Notes: generated by a model from the sequence alone, not told the origin. Shown: positions 48,136 through 57,708, numbered from the stretch's first letter. The stretch is 64,000 nt of DNA from Myxococcota bacterium (GCA_965228475.1 OZ245817.1:4672001-4736000), one strand, 5' to 3'. Numbers and translations are program-made.

Positions 48136-49206
48136 GTGAGCGCCATCCCGACCCCCGAGACGATCGACGCCGCCTGGCTGACCGCGCGGCTTCATGACGC
48201 GGGCCACGAGCGCGTCATGGTCCGCTCCTTCACCGCCGAGCGGATCGGCACGGGCCAGCTCGGCCTGTGCATCCGCTTCTCCCTCGAGCTCGAAGGCGAC
48301 GACCCGGACGCCCCCCGCAGCCTGGTCGCGAAGTTCCCCTCGGACGACCCGACGAGCCGCCAGTCCGGCGTGCAGCTGGGCGGCTACCTGAAGGAGGTGC
48401 GCTTCTATCAGGAGCTCGAACCGCGGCTCTCGATCGCGACGCCGCGCTGCTACTTCGCCGAGATCGAGGGCAAGGGGCCGGAATCGCTGGTGCTGCTCGA
48501 GGACCTGGCGCCGGCCCGGCAAGGCGACCAGCTCGCTGGCTGCTCCCCCGAGATCGCCCGCGCCGCGGTGCTCGAGCTGGTCGGGCTGCACGCCCCCACC
48601 TGGAATGACGCGAGCCTGCGCGGCATCGAGTGGCTCGGCGAGCCGAGCGAAGCGGCCACCCAGCTCGGCCGCGCCCTCTACCGCGCCCAGCTTCCGGGCT
48701 TCCTCGAGCGCTTCGGGCCCCACCTCGCCCCGGACGAGGCCGAGATCATCGCCCGGGTGGCCGACTCGACCGGCCCGCCCTTCGGCATGACCGACGGCCC
48801 CCTCGCCCTGGTCCACGTCGACTACCGGCTCGACAACCTGTTGATCGATGACGCACGCGAGCCCGCCCGGATTTCCGCCGTCGACTGGCAGAGCATCACG
48901 CTCGGGCGCCCGCTCTCGGACGTCGCCTACTTCCTCGGGGCCGGGCTCGAGCGCGAGGTGCGCAGGGGCTGCGAGGAGGAGATCGTCCGCGCCTACCACG
49001 CGGCGCTCGGCCGGGCGGGGGTCTCCGACTACTCCTTCGAGCAGTGCTGGCAGGACTACCGGTGGGGAAGCTTCTCGGGCTTCGCCGTCACGGTGATCGC
49101 CTCGATGATGGTCGTCCAGACCGAGCGGGGCGACGAGATGTTCGTGGCCATGGCCCGCCGCCACGCGGGCCACGCCCTCGACCTCGGCGGCGCCGAGCTG
49201 CTCTAG
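48136..49206 (+). CDS. Aminoglycoside/ecdysteroid kinase-like phosphotransferase
   Basis: IGTGQ, LVAKF, EVRFY, LLEDL, HVDYRLDN, VDWQ. Confidence 0.85.
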   Translation: MSAIPTPETIDAAWLTARLHDAGHERVMVRSFTAERIGTGQLGLCIRFSLELEGDDPDAPRSLVAKFPSDDPTSRQSGVQLGGYLKEVRFYQELEPRLSIATPRCYFAEIEGKGPESLVLLEDLAPARQGDQLAGCSPEIARAAVLELVGLHAPTWNDASLRGIEWLGEPSEAATQLGRALYRAQLPGFLERFGPHLAPDEAEIIARVADSTGPPFGMTDGPLALVHVDYRLDNLLIDDAREPARISAVDWQSITLGRPLSDVAYFLGAGLEREVRRGCEEEIVRAYHAALGRAGVSDYSFEQCWQDYRWGSFSGFAVTVIASMMVVQTERGDEMFVAMARRHAGHALDLGGAELL

Positions 49207-49239
49207 CCCGGCACCGCTCCTCCGGAAAGCGAGCGCCGC

Positions 49240-49977
49240 CTACTTGTAGCCCTTGCCCTTCCCGTAGCTGCCGCCCTTCGGGCCGCCGCCCTTGCTCCCG
49301 GTCGGGATCTTGGCCTTGGGCAACCCCTCCACCTGCGGGCCGACGACGGTGCCCATCGGCGTCTGGGGGACGTTGGGCCCGGCGCGGTCGCCCGAGTTCT
49401 CCCCGCCGCCGCCCCCGCCGCTCGGCGGCGTTCCGACCTGGCCGGCGCCTCCGCTTCCGGCGAGGTTCGCCGGCGTCAGGGTGCTGGTCCCGACGCGGAT
49501 GTCCCGCCGGCCCCAGTTCGAATCCTTGATCAGGATCGTCCCGCCGCCCGCCTTGATCTTGAGCTTGTCCTTCACCTTGGTGTTCTTGACGGTGACGTCG
49601 TTGTTTCCCAGCTCGTCGTCGATGGTCAGGTCCTCGACGTCGAGGCCGTCGACGGTGACGTCGTCGTCTCCGCCCCGGGTCTTGATCTTGACCTTGCCCG
49701 TCACGCGCTGGCCGGTCGTCACGGAGGCCTGCCCGTTCACCGTGGTGCCGTTCTGACCGGTGACCGTGATCGTGCCGTCGGCGTTCTGGGTCACGATGAT
49801 GTCGTTGTTGCCCGAATCCCCGTTGATGTTGAGGTCGCCCCCGGGCGTGACGGCTCCCACCTGGACGTCCCCGCCGGCCGCTTCGGCGGCTCCGGGAATC
49901 GCCAGCGCGAAGGCGACGAGAACGAGAGAGGCGAGAGACGATCGACGGATCATGGCGGCCCTCCTTGGACGGTTCAT
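49240..49977 (-). CDS. Secreted Gly/Thr/Asn/Asp-rich protein, possible beta-helix
   Basis: Signal peptide ending AEA; repeats such as GDLNINGDSGNNDIIV, TRGGDDDVTV, ELGNNDVTV; Gly/Lys-rich tail. Confidence 0.7.
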   Translation of the reverse strand: MNRPRRAAMIRRSSLASLVLVAFALAIPGAAEAAGGDVQVGAVTPGGDLNINGDSGNNDIIVTQNADGTITVTGQNGTTVNGQASVTTGQRVTGKVKIKTRGGDDDVTVDGLDVEDLTIDDELGNNDVTVKNTKVKDKLKIKAGGGTILIKDSNWGRRDIRVGTSTLTPANLAGSGGAGQVGTPPSGGGGGGENSGDRAGPNVPQTPMGTVVGPQVEGLPKAKIPTGSKGGGPKGGSYGKGKGYK

Positions 49978-50308
49978 GATCGCCTTTTCCGCGCTGCGAA
50001 TGCAACGAATCGCTGGGCGCGCGGAACGAGAGTTCCCAAGGAGGGAAACTCCGTTCCGCGCAGGACGAGTCTTTCCCGTTCCCGGTGAAGCCCCGGCGGA
50101 TTGCTTCTCAAGAAAATCGGGCGGTTCAGTTTCCCGGATCGGATGGCGCGCCGCTTGCACAGGCGAGGTGACACCGGACGGTGATTCCCTCGGAACGCCG
50201 CTCCGCACCGTTCGAATCCCCCGTTCAGATCTTTCCCTCTGAACTCGACGGCATTGAAACCAGGTACGCAGGGCCGGACGCAGCCGGCACCTGCAAGAGG
50301 GACCGACC

Positions 50309-51109
50309 GTGCTGCACCCGAGCGATGCCTTCGTCTACCCGTTCTTCTACACCGCGGCCCGCCGGGATTGGCAGAGCGAGCCGCCGCGCACCAACATGCG
50401 CGACGCCCTGGCGGTGATCGAGATCCAGTCCGCCCTGCTCGAGCTCGGCCTCGCGCGGCCGGGGGAGACGATCCTGAACATGCCGCCGAAGAAAGCCCCC
50501 CGCTCCCTCCTCCCGTGGGAGCAGTGCTACGAGATCGATCTCTCCTTCGTCCGGCCCGGCGGGATGCTGCTCGCCTGCACGCGTCCGCCGATCAGCGACT
50601 GGAACGAGTGGGAGGAAGACCGCAAGAAGGTCGAGGCCGGGAACACGCGGCTCGAGCGGCGCATCTTCTTCGAGTTCATCAAGTACCTCCCGACCTGCTG
50701 CCGCTCGCACCTGCTCGTCTCCGAGGCCATCGCGGCGGTGCTCGACGAGCCCTTCCGCAACCGCCGCGAGAGCGTGATCGCCCAGAAGAACCCGAGCCGT
50801 TACCTGCACTTGAACGGTGACGACGGCTGGAGCCCGGCGGGCAAAGACGCGCGCTCGCCCGTCTTCGGCATCAACACGCGCGCCCTCTACGAGGACGGCC
50901 CGGGCCTCTACTGCTTCTTCGGGATGGACTCGATCTCGACCCTCGCCTGGGCCTGGAAGGTCCGTCACGAGATGCCGCACCTGCTCGAGAAGCCCGGCTT
51001 CTCGTTCTTCGAGCTGATCCCGGGTGCGCTTCCCGAGCGCCCGACGGACCACCGCTGGGCCGCGGACTGGGGCATCGAATGCGTGGTGGAGGGCCAGCTT
51101 CCCTACTGA
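50309..51109 (+). CDS. Hypothetical protein (266 aa)
   Basis: Globular composition, high-GC3 codons, fills the gap; no family recognised; start uncertain. Confidence 0.7.
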   Translation: MLHPSDAFVYPFFYTAARRDWQSEPPRTNMRDALAVIEIQSALLELGLARPGETILNMPPKKAPRSLLPWEQCYEIDLSFVRPGGMLLACTRPPISDWNEWEEDRKKVEAGNTRLERRIFFEFIKYLPTCCRSHLLVSEAIAAVLDEPFRNRRESVIAQKNPSRYLHLNGDDGWSPAGKDARSPVFGINTRALYEDGPGLYCFFGMDSISTLAWAWKVRHEMPHLLEKPGFSFFELIPGALPERPTDHRWAADWGIECVVEGQLPY

Positions 51110-51204
51110 GCCCGAGAAACTTTCGGCCCGAAACGAAATCGCCGGAGTCGATGGCAGGTTCCGTTCGTACCACCACGCACGCCGCTGCGGAAAGGAGAAC
51201 GAAC

Positions 51205-51984
51205 ATGAGCCGAGACACGCGAGACCGGAAGCGGGCGCGGATGCGCAAGAAGGTCAACGCCGAGCCCGATCCGACGGAGGAAGAACGCAACTGGGCCTTC
51301 GTCGAGCGCTGCGTCGGGACGCCGGGAGTGCGCACGCTCTACCTCTGGGGCCCGCCCGGGACGGGCAAGAGCCACGCCGCCTTCCACGCGGGCGGCACCG
51401 GGCGCGGCGTCTACGCCATCGCCCTGACGGAGGAGACGCCGGCCGCGGAGCTGCGCGGTTTCTTCCGGCCCGACGAGCGGGGCATGGTCTGGCAGGACGG
51501 CCCCATGGTGATGGCCATGCGCGAAGGGGCGCGGCTCGTGATCAACGAGCTCGGCCACGCCGGCCCGGACGTACTCGCCCTGCTCTATCCGGTGCTCGAG
51601 AGCGTCGACACCGCCCGCATCACGCTCCCGACGGGCGAAACCGTCGCACCCGCCGAGGGTTTCTCCTGCATCGCCACGAGCAACGACCCGCCGAACACGC
51701 TGCCCCTGGCCCTGCGCGACCGCTTCGACGCCACGATCGAAGTGAACATGCCCCACCCCGCGGCCTTCGAGCGGCTCCCCGAGCACCTGCGCGGCCCCGC
51801 GAAGCAGACCTGGGGCCTCGGCGAGGATCGGCAGATCTCCGTACGCGGCTGGCTCGCCATCGCGCGGCTCGAGCCGGAGTTCGGGCTGCGCGACGCCTGC
51901 CGCGCGGTCTTCGGCAACGAGCGGGGAGCCCGGGTCTTCGAGGGGCTCGAGCTTCGCCAGCTGAGCTTCGAAGGGGGGGCGTGA
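51205..51984 (+). CDS. Small AAA+ ATPase (MoxR/CbbQ/NorQ/CobS-like)
   Basis: Walker A GPPGTGKS, WQDGP, Walker B LVINE, sensor ATSN, Arg finger ALRDRF; AAGGAG RBS. Confidence 0.85.
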   Translation: MSRDTRDRKRARMRKKVNAEPDPTEEERNWAFVERCVGTPGVRTLYLWGPPGTGKSHAAFHAGGTGRGVYAIALTEETPAAELRGFFRPDERGMVWQDGPMVMAMREGARLVINELGHAGPDVLALLYPVLESVDTARITLPTGETVAPAEGFSCIATSNDPPNTLPLALRDRFDATIEVNMPHPAAFERLPEHLRGPAKQTWGLGEDRQISVRGWLAIARLEPEFGLRDACRAVFGNERGARVFEGLELRQLSFEGGA

Positions 51985-51985
51985 G

Positions 51986-53422
51986 ATGGGTGGGTTCAAG
52001 GCGCCGGGGGACGTCCTCCCCCCGCTTCGCCCGGAGCGCTCCGAGGTCGAAGCGTCCCGCTACGCCCCCTACCCGGAGATCGCCTGCCCGGGGCCCCGGT
52101 GGAGGGTGATCGACTCGACGGGCCGCACGGATCTCCCGAGCATCGGGGTCACGGACATGGAGAACCGCGTCATCTACACCCCGCTGCGGGCCGACGGCGT
52201 CGAGGTCTCCACCCACGAGCTCGGCCACGTGCTGTTCTCGCCGCCGAAGCTCCCGAAGGTCCGCTTCCCGCAGATCCTCCTGATGGCGGTGGAGGACGCG
52301 CGGGTGAACCTCGCCCTGGCCGCCGCGGGGCGCGCACTGCACTTCGACGCCGAGCGCTCGGCGGAGATCCGGCTGCGCGGCACCCACGATCTCAAGCGCG
52401 GCGAGTTCCACGTCTTCCTGCTCCGGCTCGTGGCCTCCCTCGGGACGGGCGAGGCGCCGGTCCTCTTCGAGGAGCTTGCCTCGGCCCCGGCGGAGGCGGA
52501 GCACTGGGTCGAGGGCTGGGTGACGGCGGTCGAGACCCGGCTCGAGCGCGCACGGGTTCGTTCCGGCAAGCCGGTGGCGCCATTCCCTGTGGCGCTGCGC
52601 ATCGCGCGGGATCTCGCCCGGAACTTCGACGCGTGCGCCCTGCTCGACGAAGCGCTCCGCGTCCCCGGGCAGTCCTGCTGCGTCGCGGACACCACCGGGG
52701 TCGAAGAGCGCGGCGCGCGGCGGCGCCCGCGCTTCCTGGCCGACCTGCCGGAGGAGGGCGGCGCCCCGGGGCCCTACGACAAGCCGGGCGTCCGGCCCGG
52801 AAAGCTGCGGGTGACCGAGGCGCCGATGCCCCTCGGTCGAACCGCGCGCCCGCTCCCGATGGGGCGCCGGTACCGCCCGGCGACGGAGGGCTGCCACGTG
52901 GCGCGGCCCCACCGCTGGGCGCTCGACCGCGCCATCTTCCGCCGGGCCGTGCGCGCCCGCGGCGGCACCGTGCTGATCGACGTCTCGGGCAGCATGCGCC
53001 TCTCGGCCGAGATGGTGCAGTCGCTCGTCGAGGCCTCGGGCGGCGCGGCGCTCGTCGCCATCTATTCGGGCCGCGCGCGGGAGGGCGAGCTCCGCATCGT
53101 CGCGCGCGGCGGACGGCGCGCGGCGGAGGAGGGGCTCGAGCCCTTCGGCAACGGCAACATCGTCGACCTCCCGGCCCTCGAGTGGCTCGGCCGCCAGCAC
53201 GAGCCGCGGATCTGGGTCTCCGACGGCGGCGTCACCGGGATGATGGACAAGAGCTCTCCCGAGATCCGCAAGCGCTGCGGGACGGTGGTGCGGCAGCACC
53301 GCATCCAGCAGGTCGCGGACTCCGGGGAGGCGGTGAAGCGCCTCGCGGCGAGCGGCCGGGGAACCGCGAGCTCCGGAAAGGCGAAGAAGCGGCGCGCACC
53401 GAGCCCCGAGCTCGAGTTCTAG
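51986..53422 (+). CDS. HExxH metallopeptidase-like domain plus VWA domain protein
   Basis: THELGH...VEDARVN, then MIDAS IDVSGSM and WVSDG; 1 bp after the ATPase gene. Confidence 0.78.
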   Translation: MGGFKAPGDVLPPLRPERSEVEASRYAPYPEIACPGPRWRVIDSTGRTDLPSIGVTDMENRVIYTPLRADGVEVSTHELGHVLFSPPKLPKVRFPQILLMAVEDARVNLALAAAGRALHFDAERSAEIRLRGTHDLKRGEFHVFLLRLVASLGTGEAPVLFEELASAPAEAEHWVEGWVTAVETRLERARVRSGKPVAPFPVALRIARDLARNFDACALLDEALRVPGQSCCVADTTGVEERGARRRPRFLADLPEEGGAPGPYDKPGVRPGKLRVTEAPMPLGRTARPLPMGRRYRPATEGCHVARPHRWALDRAIFRRAVRARGGTVLIDVSGSMRLSAEMVQSLVEASGGAALVAIYSGRAREGELRIVARGGRRAAEEGLEPFGNGNIVDLPALEWLGRQHEPRIWVSDGGVTGMMDKSSPEIRKRCGTVVRQHRIQQVADSGEAVKRLAASGRGTASSGKAKKRRAPSPELEF

Positions 53423-55158
53423 AAGTCCTGGGGGATGGGGTGGGGAACCCCGTCGAGGACGGTTCCCCAGATCGGGACGTCGGCGAGACCCTCGGGCTCG
53501 ACCGCGTAGGGGTCCGCTTCGAGCACGGTGAAGTCGGCACGCTTGCCGGGCGCGAGCGTGCCGATCTCCTCCTCGAGCCCGAGGCTCCAGGCGGACTCCA
53601 CCGTGATGGCGCGCAGGGCCGCCTCGCGCGAGAGCCGCTCGCCCGGGCCCCACACCTTCCCGTCGCTCGCGACGCGCGTCATGGCGATGCTCGCGAGCCG
53701 CAGGGGCTCGGCGGGAGCCATCGGGTAGTCCGAGTGGAAGGAGGTGGCGACGCCCGCGCGCCCGAGCCCACCGAGGGGAGAGATCCGCGCCGCCCGCTCG
53801 GGACCGAGGCCGTGCTCGGCGTAGATCGGCGAGAGCTCGTGGGTATAGTAGGCGTTGTTCGAGACGGCCGCGCCGAGCTTCGCCACCCGCGCGTGCTGGT
53901 CCTCGCGGGCGAAGCCGTAGTGCTCGAGCACGACGCGCCGCTCGCCCGGCGTGCGGGCCTGCTCGGCTTCGAGCTGATCGAGCACGAGGTCGAGGCCGGC
54001 GTCCCCGTTCACGTGGACGTGGAGGTCCCAGCCCTTTCGCCAGAACGCCGCGAGCACCGCGGCCTGGGCTTCGGGCTCCATCATCCACTCGCCGTGGTGC
54101 CCGTCGAGGTAGCCGTCCCGCATCTGCATGAGCTGGCTGAAGATCGCGCCGTCCCCGTAGTACTTGGCATGACGCACGATGCGCACGCGGTCCGTCGAGA
54201 AGCGCAGGAGGCTCGCCGCCTCCCGTTCCGCGGCTTCCGCCGAGCCCGTCTCGCGCAGGAAGAACGTCGCATTCGGCACGAGGGCCAGGCGGAAGGGTGC
54301 GTCATGGAGCCGGAGCGCCAGGTGCAGCATCGCGAGCTCCCCGAACTTCGAGGCCTGGGGGAAGCCCATGTCGCCGACGGTGGTCAGGCCGCCGCGATGG
54401 ACCACGCGGATGAGCTGCTCGAGGCCGCGCAGATAGCGCCGCGGCTCGGTCAGGATCTTCACCATGGGCCGGCCGAGATCGAAGACCGCCGTCTCCCAGA
54501 GATGGCCGGCCTCCCAATCCGCGTGGGGGTGCGCGTCGAAGGCCGCGCGCTCGAGGCCGAGCCGGGCGAGCCCCGCGCCGTTGAAGAACATCTCGTGCAC
54601 CGAGCGTTGCCACACCAGCAGGGGGCGCTCGGGGGAGACCGCGTCGAGATCCGCGCGGGAGAGCTCGCCGTGGTAGGGGCGGTGGTAGCCCCAGACGAGG
54701 AGCCACTCGTCTCCCGCCCGGCCTTCCCGGGCGGCGACGAGCTCGCGCAGGCGGTCGAGAAAGGCCTCCCGCCCGCGGACCGCGCGGGTGCGTCCGGCCG
54801 GGGTGGTCCACTCCATGGCCGAGACGATCTCCATGCCGAGGATCGTGGCGCCGAGGGAAGGGTGGAGGTGCGGGTCGATGAACCCGGGCAGGATCACCTT
54901 GCCCGCGAAGCGGTCGTCGCGCTCGAAGGGGTCTTCGCCGAGCGCCGCTTCGACCTCGGCGAGGCTTCCGAGGGCCCGGATCCGTCCGCCTTCGACGGCG
55001 ATGGCCTCCGCCTTCGGCTGCCCGGGCTCCATCGTGTGGATGATGCTGGCTGTATAGAGCGTCGCCGGCGGATCCCCGCCACAGCCGAGGGCCAGCAAGG
55101 CGAGCACCGGCGCCAGGGATGCCCGCCATCCGCGCCGGAAACCGGCCGCGTGCGTCAT
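53419..55158 (-). CDS. Amidohydrolase_3 family lipoprotein (YtcJ-like)
   Basis: Lipobox ALGC, PGFIDPHLH, KYYGDG, HVHVNGD, LEH, HSDYP, GKRADF. Confidence 0.9.
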   Translation of the reverse strand: MTHAAGFRRGWRASLAPVLALLALGCGGDPPATLYTASIIHTMEPGQPKAEAIAVEGGRIRALGSLAEVEAALGEDPFERDDRFAGKVILPGFIDPHLHPSLGATILGMEIVSAMEWTTPAGRTRAVRGREAFLDRLRELVAAREGRAGDEWLLVWGYHRPYHGELSRADLDAVSPERPLLVWQRSVHEMFFNGAGLARLGLERAAFDAHPHADWEAGHLWETAVFDLGRPMVKILTEPRRYLRGLEQLIRVVHRGGLTTVGDMGFPQASKFGELAMLHLALRLHDAPFRLALVPNATFFLRETGSAEAAEREAASLLRFSTDRVRIVRHAKYYGDGAIFSQLMQMRDGYLDGHHGEWMMEPEAQAAVLAAFWRKGWDLHVHVNGDAGLDLVLDQLEAEQARTPGERRVVLEHYGFAREDQHARVAKLGAAVSNNAYYTHELSPIYAEHGLGPERAARISPLGGLGRAGVATSFHSDYPMAPAEPLRLASIAMTRVASDGKVWGPGERLSREAALRAITVESAWSLGLEEEIGTLAPGKRADFTVLEADPYAVEPEGLADVPIWGTVLDGVPHPIPQDF

Positions 55159-55925
55159 TCGCCGCCGCCGAGCCGGCGCTGGGCGCGGGCGCGCAGCTCG
55201 GCGACCGCCTCGTAGGCCCGGTCGCGGAGGGAGTGGCGGTCTTCGTAGCCGAGGCCCTCGACGGGAATCGGCGCGCCGACCTCGATCGCGACGGGACCCC
55301 GGTGCAGACGCACCGTCTCCGGCGGCCAGACCTCGCGGCTCCCGGCGATCGCGACGGGCAGGACCGGCAGCCGATCCGTGAGCGCCGTGACGAAGGCGCC
55401 CATCTTGAAGGGAAGGAGCTCGTCCTTTCGGGAGCGCGTGCCCTCGGCGAAGAAGAGCACGGAGACCTCGGGCGGCCGCTCGGCCATGAGCTTCTTCAGG
55501 CGCTTCACGTCCTCACCGGTGCGGCTGCGTTCGACGCGCACGTTCCCCGTGAGGCGCAGCGCCTGGCCGAGGACCGGGATGTCCATGAACTGTTCCTTGG
55601 CGACGGCGCGGATCACGAGCTGCGGGAGCGCGGCGAGGAGCGCGACCGGATCCCAGTTGCCTTCGTGGTTCGCCACGACGACGTAGGCCTGGCCCGCGGC
55701 GATCCGTTCCTCGCCGTGGGTCACGAGCCTCGTGCCCGCCATGCGGACGCAGAGTTTCGCCGCCGCGACGTAGACCCGGTGCACGGCCCGCGCCGACGCG
55801 CCGGCCAGCGCCGCCGCGATCGCCACGAGGCTCAGGAAGAAGAGCGCCGTCGGAAGGACGACGAGGGCGACGGCCGTCCGGAGCAGACCGTCGCTCGCGG
55901 GCCGGGAGCGGGGACGTTGCGACAC
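55155..55925 (-). CDS. 1-acylglycerol-3-phosphate acyltransferase (PlsC-like)
   Basis: NHEGNWD, FFAEGTRS, FKMGAF, PVLPV. Confidence 0.85.
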   Translation of the reverse strand: MSQRPRSRPASDGLLRTAVALVVLPTALFFLSLVAIAAALAGASARAVHRVYVAAAKLCVRMAGTRLVTHGEERIAAGQAYVVVANHEGNWDPVALLAALPQLVIRAVAKEQFMDIPVLGQALRLTGNVRVERSRTGEDVKRLKKLMAERPPEVSVLFFAEGTRSRKDELLPFKMGAFVTALTDRLPVLPVAIAGSREVWPPETVRLHRGPVAIEVGAPIPVEGLGYEDRHSLRDRAYEAVAELRARAQRRLGGGE

Positions 55926-56019
55926 GGAAGCCTCCGTTCGCCGCGAGTGTAACCCGGATGCCGGCCGGGCATCCGACCGGGGAATCCGGCGAGTCCGGCC
56001 GGATCCGAAGGAGAAGCCC

Positions 56020-56643
56020 ATGCGATCACGAACCCACGGCGCTCCGCTCGCACTCGGTGTGGTGCTTGCCCTCCTCACGATGGGAACGAGCGCCCTCCTC
56101 GCGATGGGAACGAGCGGAACGGCCGAGGCCGAAGCGCCCCTCGACGGCTTCGAACGTTTCGTCGGCCCGGGCGGGAGCTTCCACTTCGAAGGCGAGACCG
56201 CGCGGGACGGTCTCGCGCACCTCGGAAGCTGGTTCGTCCCGGCGGGCGAAGCCGCCGGCTTCCACCACGTCTACACCCAGCCCGAGGCCATCGCCGCCTA
56301 CCGCGAGACGGGCGTCTTCCCCGACGGTGCCGTGCTCTTGAAGGAGCTGCGCGGCTTCTCACGAGCGAACTACACGACGGGCAGCGACGTGGCATCCCCG
56401 TCGGCGCCGACCCAGTGGTTCCTCATGGTGAAGGATGCCGAGGGGCGGAATGCCGAGAACCCGCTCTGGCGGGAAGGCTGGGGCTGGGCGCTCTTCAAGG
56501 CGGACGCGCCGGGCAAGAACGTCGCGAAGGGCTTCGCGACCGACTGCCAGGGCTGCCACCTCCCCGCGCGCGCGACGGATTGGGTCTACGTGCAGGGCTA
56601 CCCGCGCCTCACGGCCGACTCCGCAGCTGAGCCTGGCCGCTAG
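56020..56643 (+). CDS. Cytochrome P460 family protein
   Basis: Signal peptide, FHHVY, FPDGAVLLKE, MVKD, GWGWALF, C-terminal CQGCH. Confidence 0.82.
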   Translation: MRSRTHGAPLALGVVLALLTMGTSALLAMGTSGTAEAEAPLDGFERFVGPGGSFHFEGETARDGLAHLGSWFVPAGEAAGFHHVYTQPEAIAAYRETGVFPDGAVLLKELRGFSRANYTTGSDVASPSAPTQWFLMVKDAEGRNAENPLWREGWGWALFKADAPGKNVAKGFATDCQGCHLPARATDWVYVQGYPRLTADSAAEPGR

Positions 56644-57575
56644 TGGGCGCCGACGTCCTCAGCGAGGTGCTCACGGCTCTCGAGCTCTCGGCCGTTCCGT
56701 GGTTCCGCGCGGAGCTCCACCACCCGTTCGGCGTCGCCGTCCCGCCCGGCGCCGAGGGTGGGGACGGCGCCATCCGGTTCCACGTCGCGATGGAGAACGA
56801 CTGCACGATCGCCGTCGGCGAAGACGAACCGCTGCGCTTTCATGCGGGAGATCTCGTCCTCGTTCCGGGTGGGGCGAGCCATGTCCTCTCCGACTCACCC
56901 GGACGCGCCTCTACACCTTTGGCCGAGGCCCTCGCGGGCGCGCGCTTCGACGGGATCGGTCCGATCACGCTCGGCGAAGGCCGCGATCGGACCGTCGTCG
57001 TCTGCGGTGAGTTCCGCTTCGCGAACGAGGCGCTCCATCCCTTCGTCGCTTCCCTGCCGTCGTTGCTCCACCTCCCCGCCGAGGAGGGAACGGGCTACGG
57101 CTGGGTGGAGAGCCTGCTGGAACACCTCGAGCGCGAGGCCCGCCACCAGCGGACGGGCCACGTCGAAGTCATCCGCCGGATCGCCGAGATCCTGCTCATC
57201 GAAGTCTTTCGCGCCCGCGCCGACGACCCGGAGCTCGGCGCGCTCTCCGCGCTCGCGGACCCGCAGCTCCGCCGCGCCCTCGAGGCCATCCACGCCCAGC
57301 CCGAGGCGGACTGGCGCCTCGAACAGCTCGCGCGGATCGCCGGGCAGTCGCGCACGGTCTTCGCCGAGCGGTTCCGGGCGCGCGTCGGCGTCGCGCCGAT
57401 GAAGTACCTCACCGGCTGGCGGATGCAGAAGGCGCGCCGCCTGCTCGCCGAGTGTGACGAGCCGGTAGGCTGGGTGGCCCAGCGCGTCGGGTACGGCTCG
57501 GAGTCCGCCTTCAACCGGGCCTTCCGGGAACACTTCGGCGTTCCACCCGGAACCTGGCGCCGGAGCGCCGCCTAG
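56643..57575 (+). CDS. AraC family regulator with cupin N-domain
   Basis: DVLSEVL, RFHV, GDLVLVP.G..H, C-terminal HTH SRTVFAERF...GYGSESAFNRAF. Confidence 0.9.
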   Translation: MGADVLSEVLTALELSAVPWFRAELHHPFGVAVPPGAEGGDGAIRFHVAMENDCTIAVGEDEPLRFHAGDLVLVPGGASHVLSDSPGRASTPLAEALAGARFDGIGPITLGEGRDRTVVVCGEFRFANEALHPFVASLPSLLHLPAEEGTGYGWVESLLEHLEREARHQRTGHVEVIRRIAEILLIEVFRARADDPELGALSALADPQLRRALEAIHAQPEADWRLEQLARIAGQSRTVFAERFRARVGVAPMKYLTGWRMQKARRLLAECDEPVGWVAQRVGYGSESAFNRAFREHFGVPPGTWRRSAA

Positions 57576-57708
57576 CCGCTCGCCCCGGCTCCGCGCTTCC
57601 GGACGATCGGGCAAGTCCCGCGAACGCCGGCGCGGCTCCCGCGCCTTGGCACCGCATCGAACTCTCCACAACGAACCGGCCCCACCCGGGCCGGAAGGAG
57701 AGAAGAAG

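Noticed and set aside
49240..53422. Possible prophage or mobile element
   Set aside because: No integrase, transposase, structural genes, tRNA target or flanking direct repeats seen; kept only as an accessory module.
55955..55975. Inverted repeat CGGATGCC-N5-GGCATCCG upstream of the P460 gene
   Set aside because: An 8-bp GC-rich stem is weak evidence in this genome; function cannot be supported.
56071..56116. 24-bp tandem duplication (LLTMGTSA / LLAMGTSG) in the P460 signal peptide
   Set aside because: Only two in-frame copies; likely neutral slippage, not a CRISPR or functional array.
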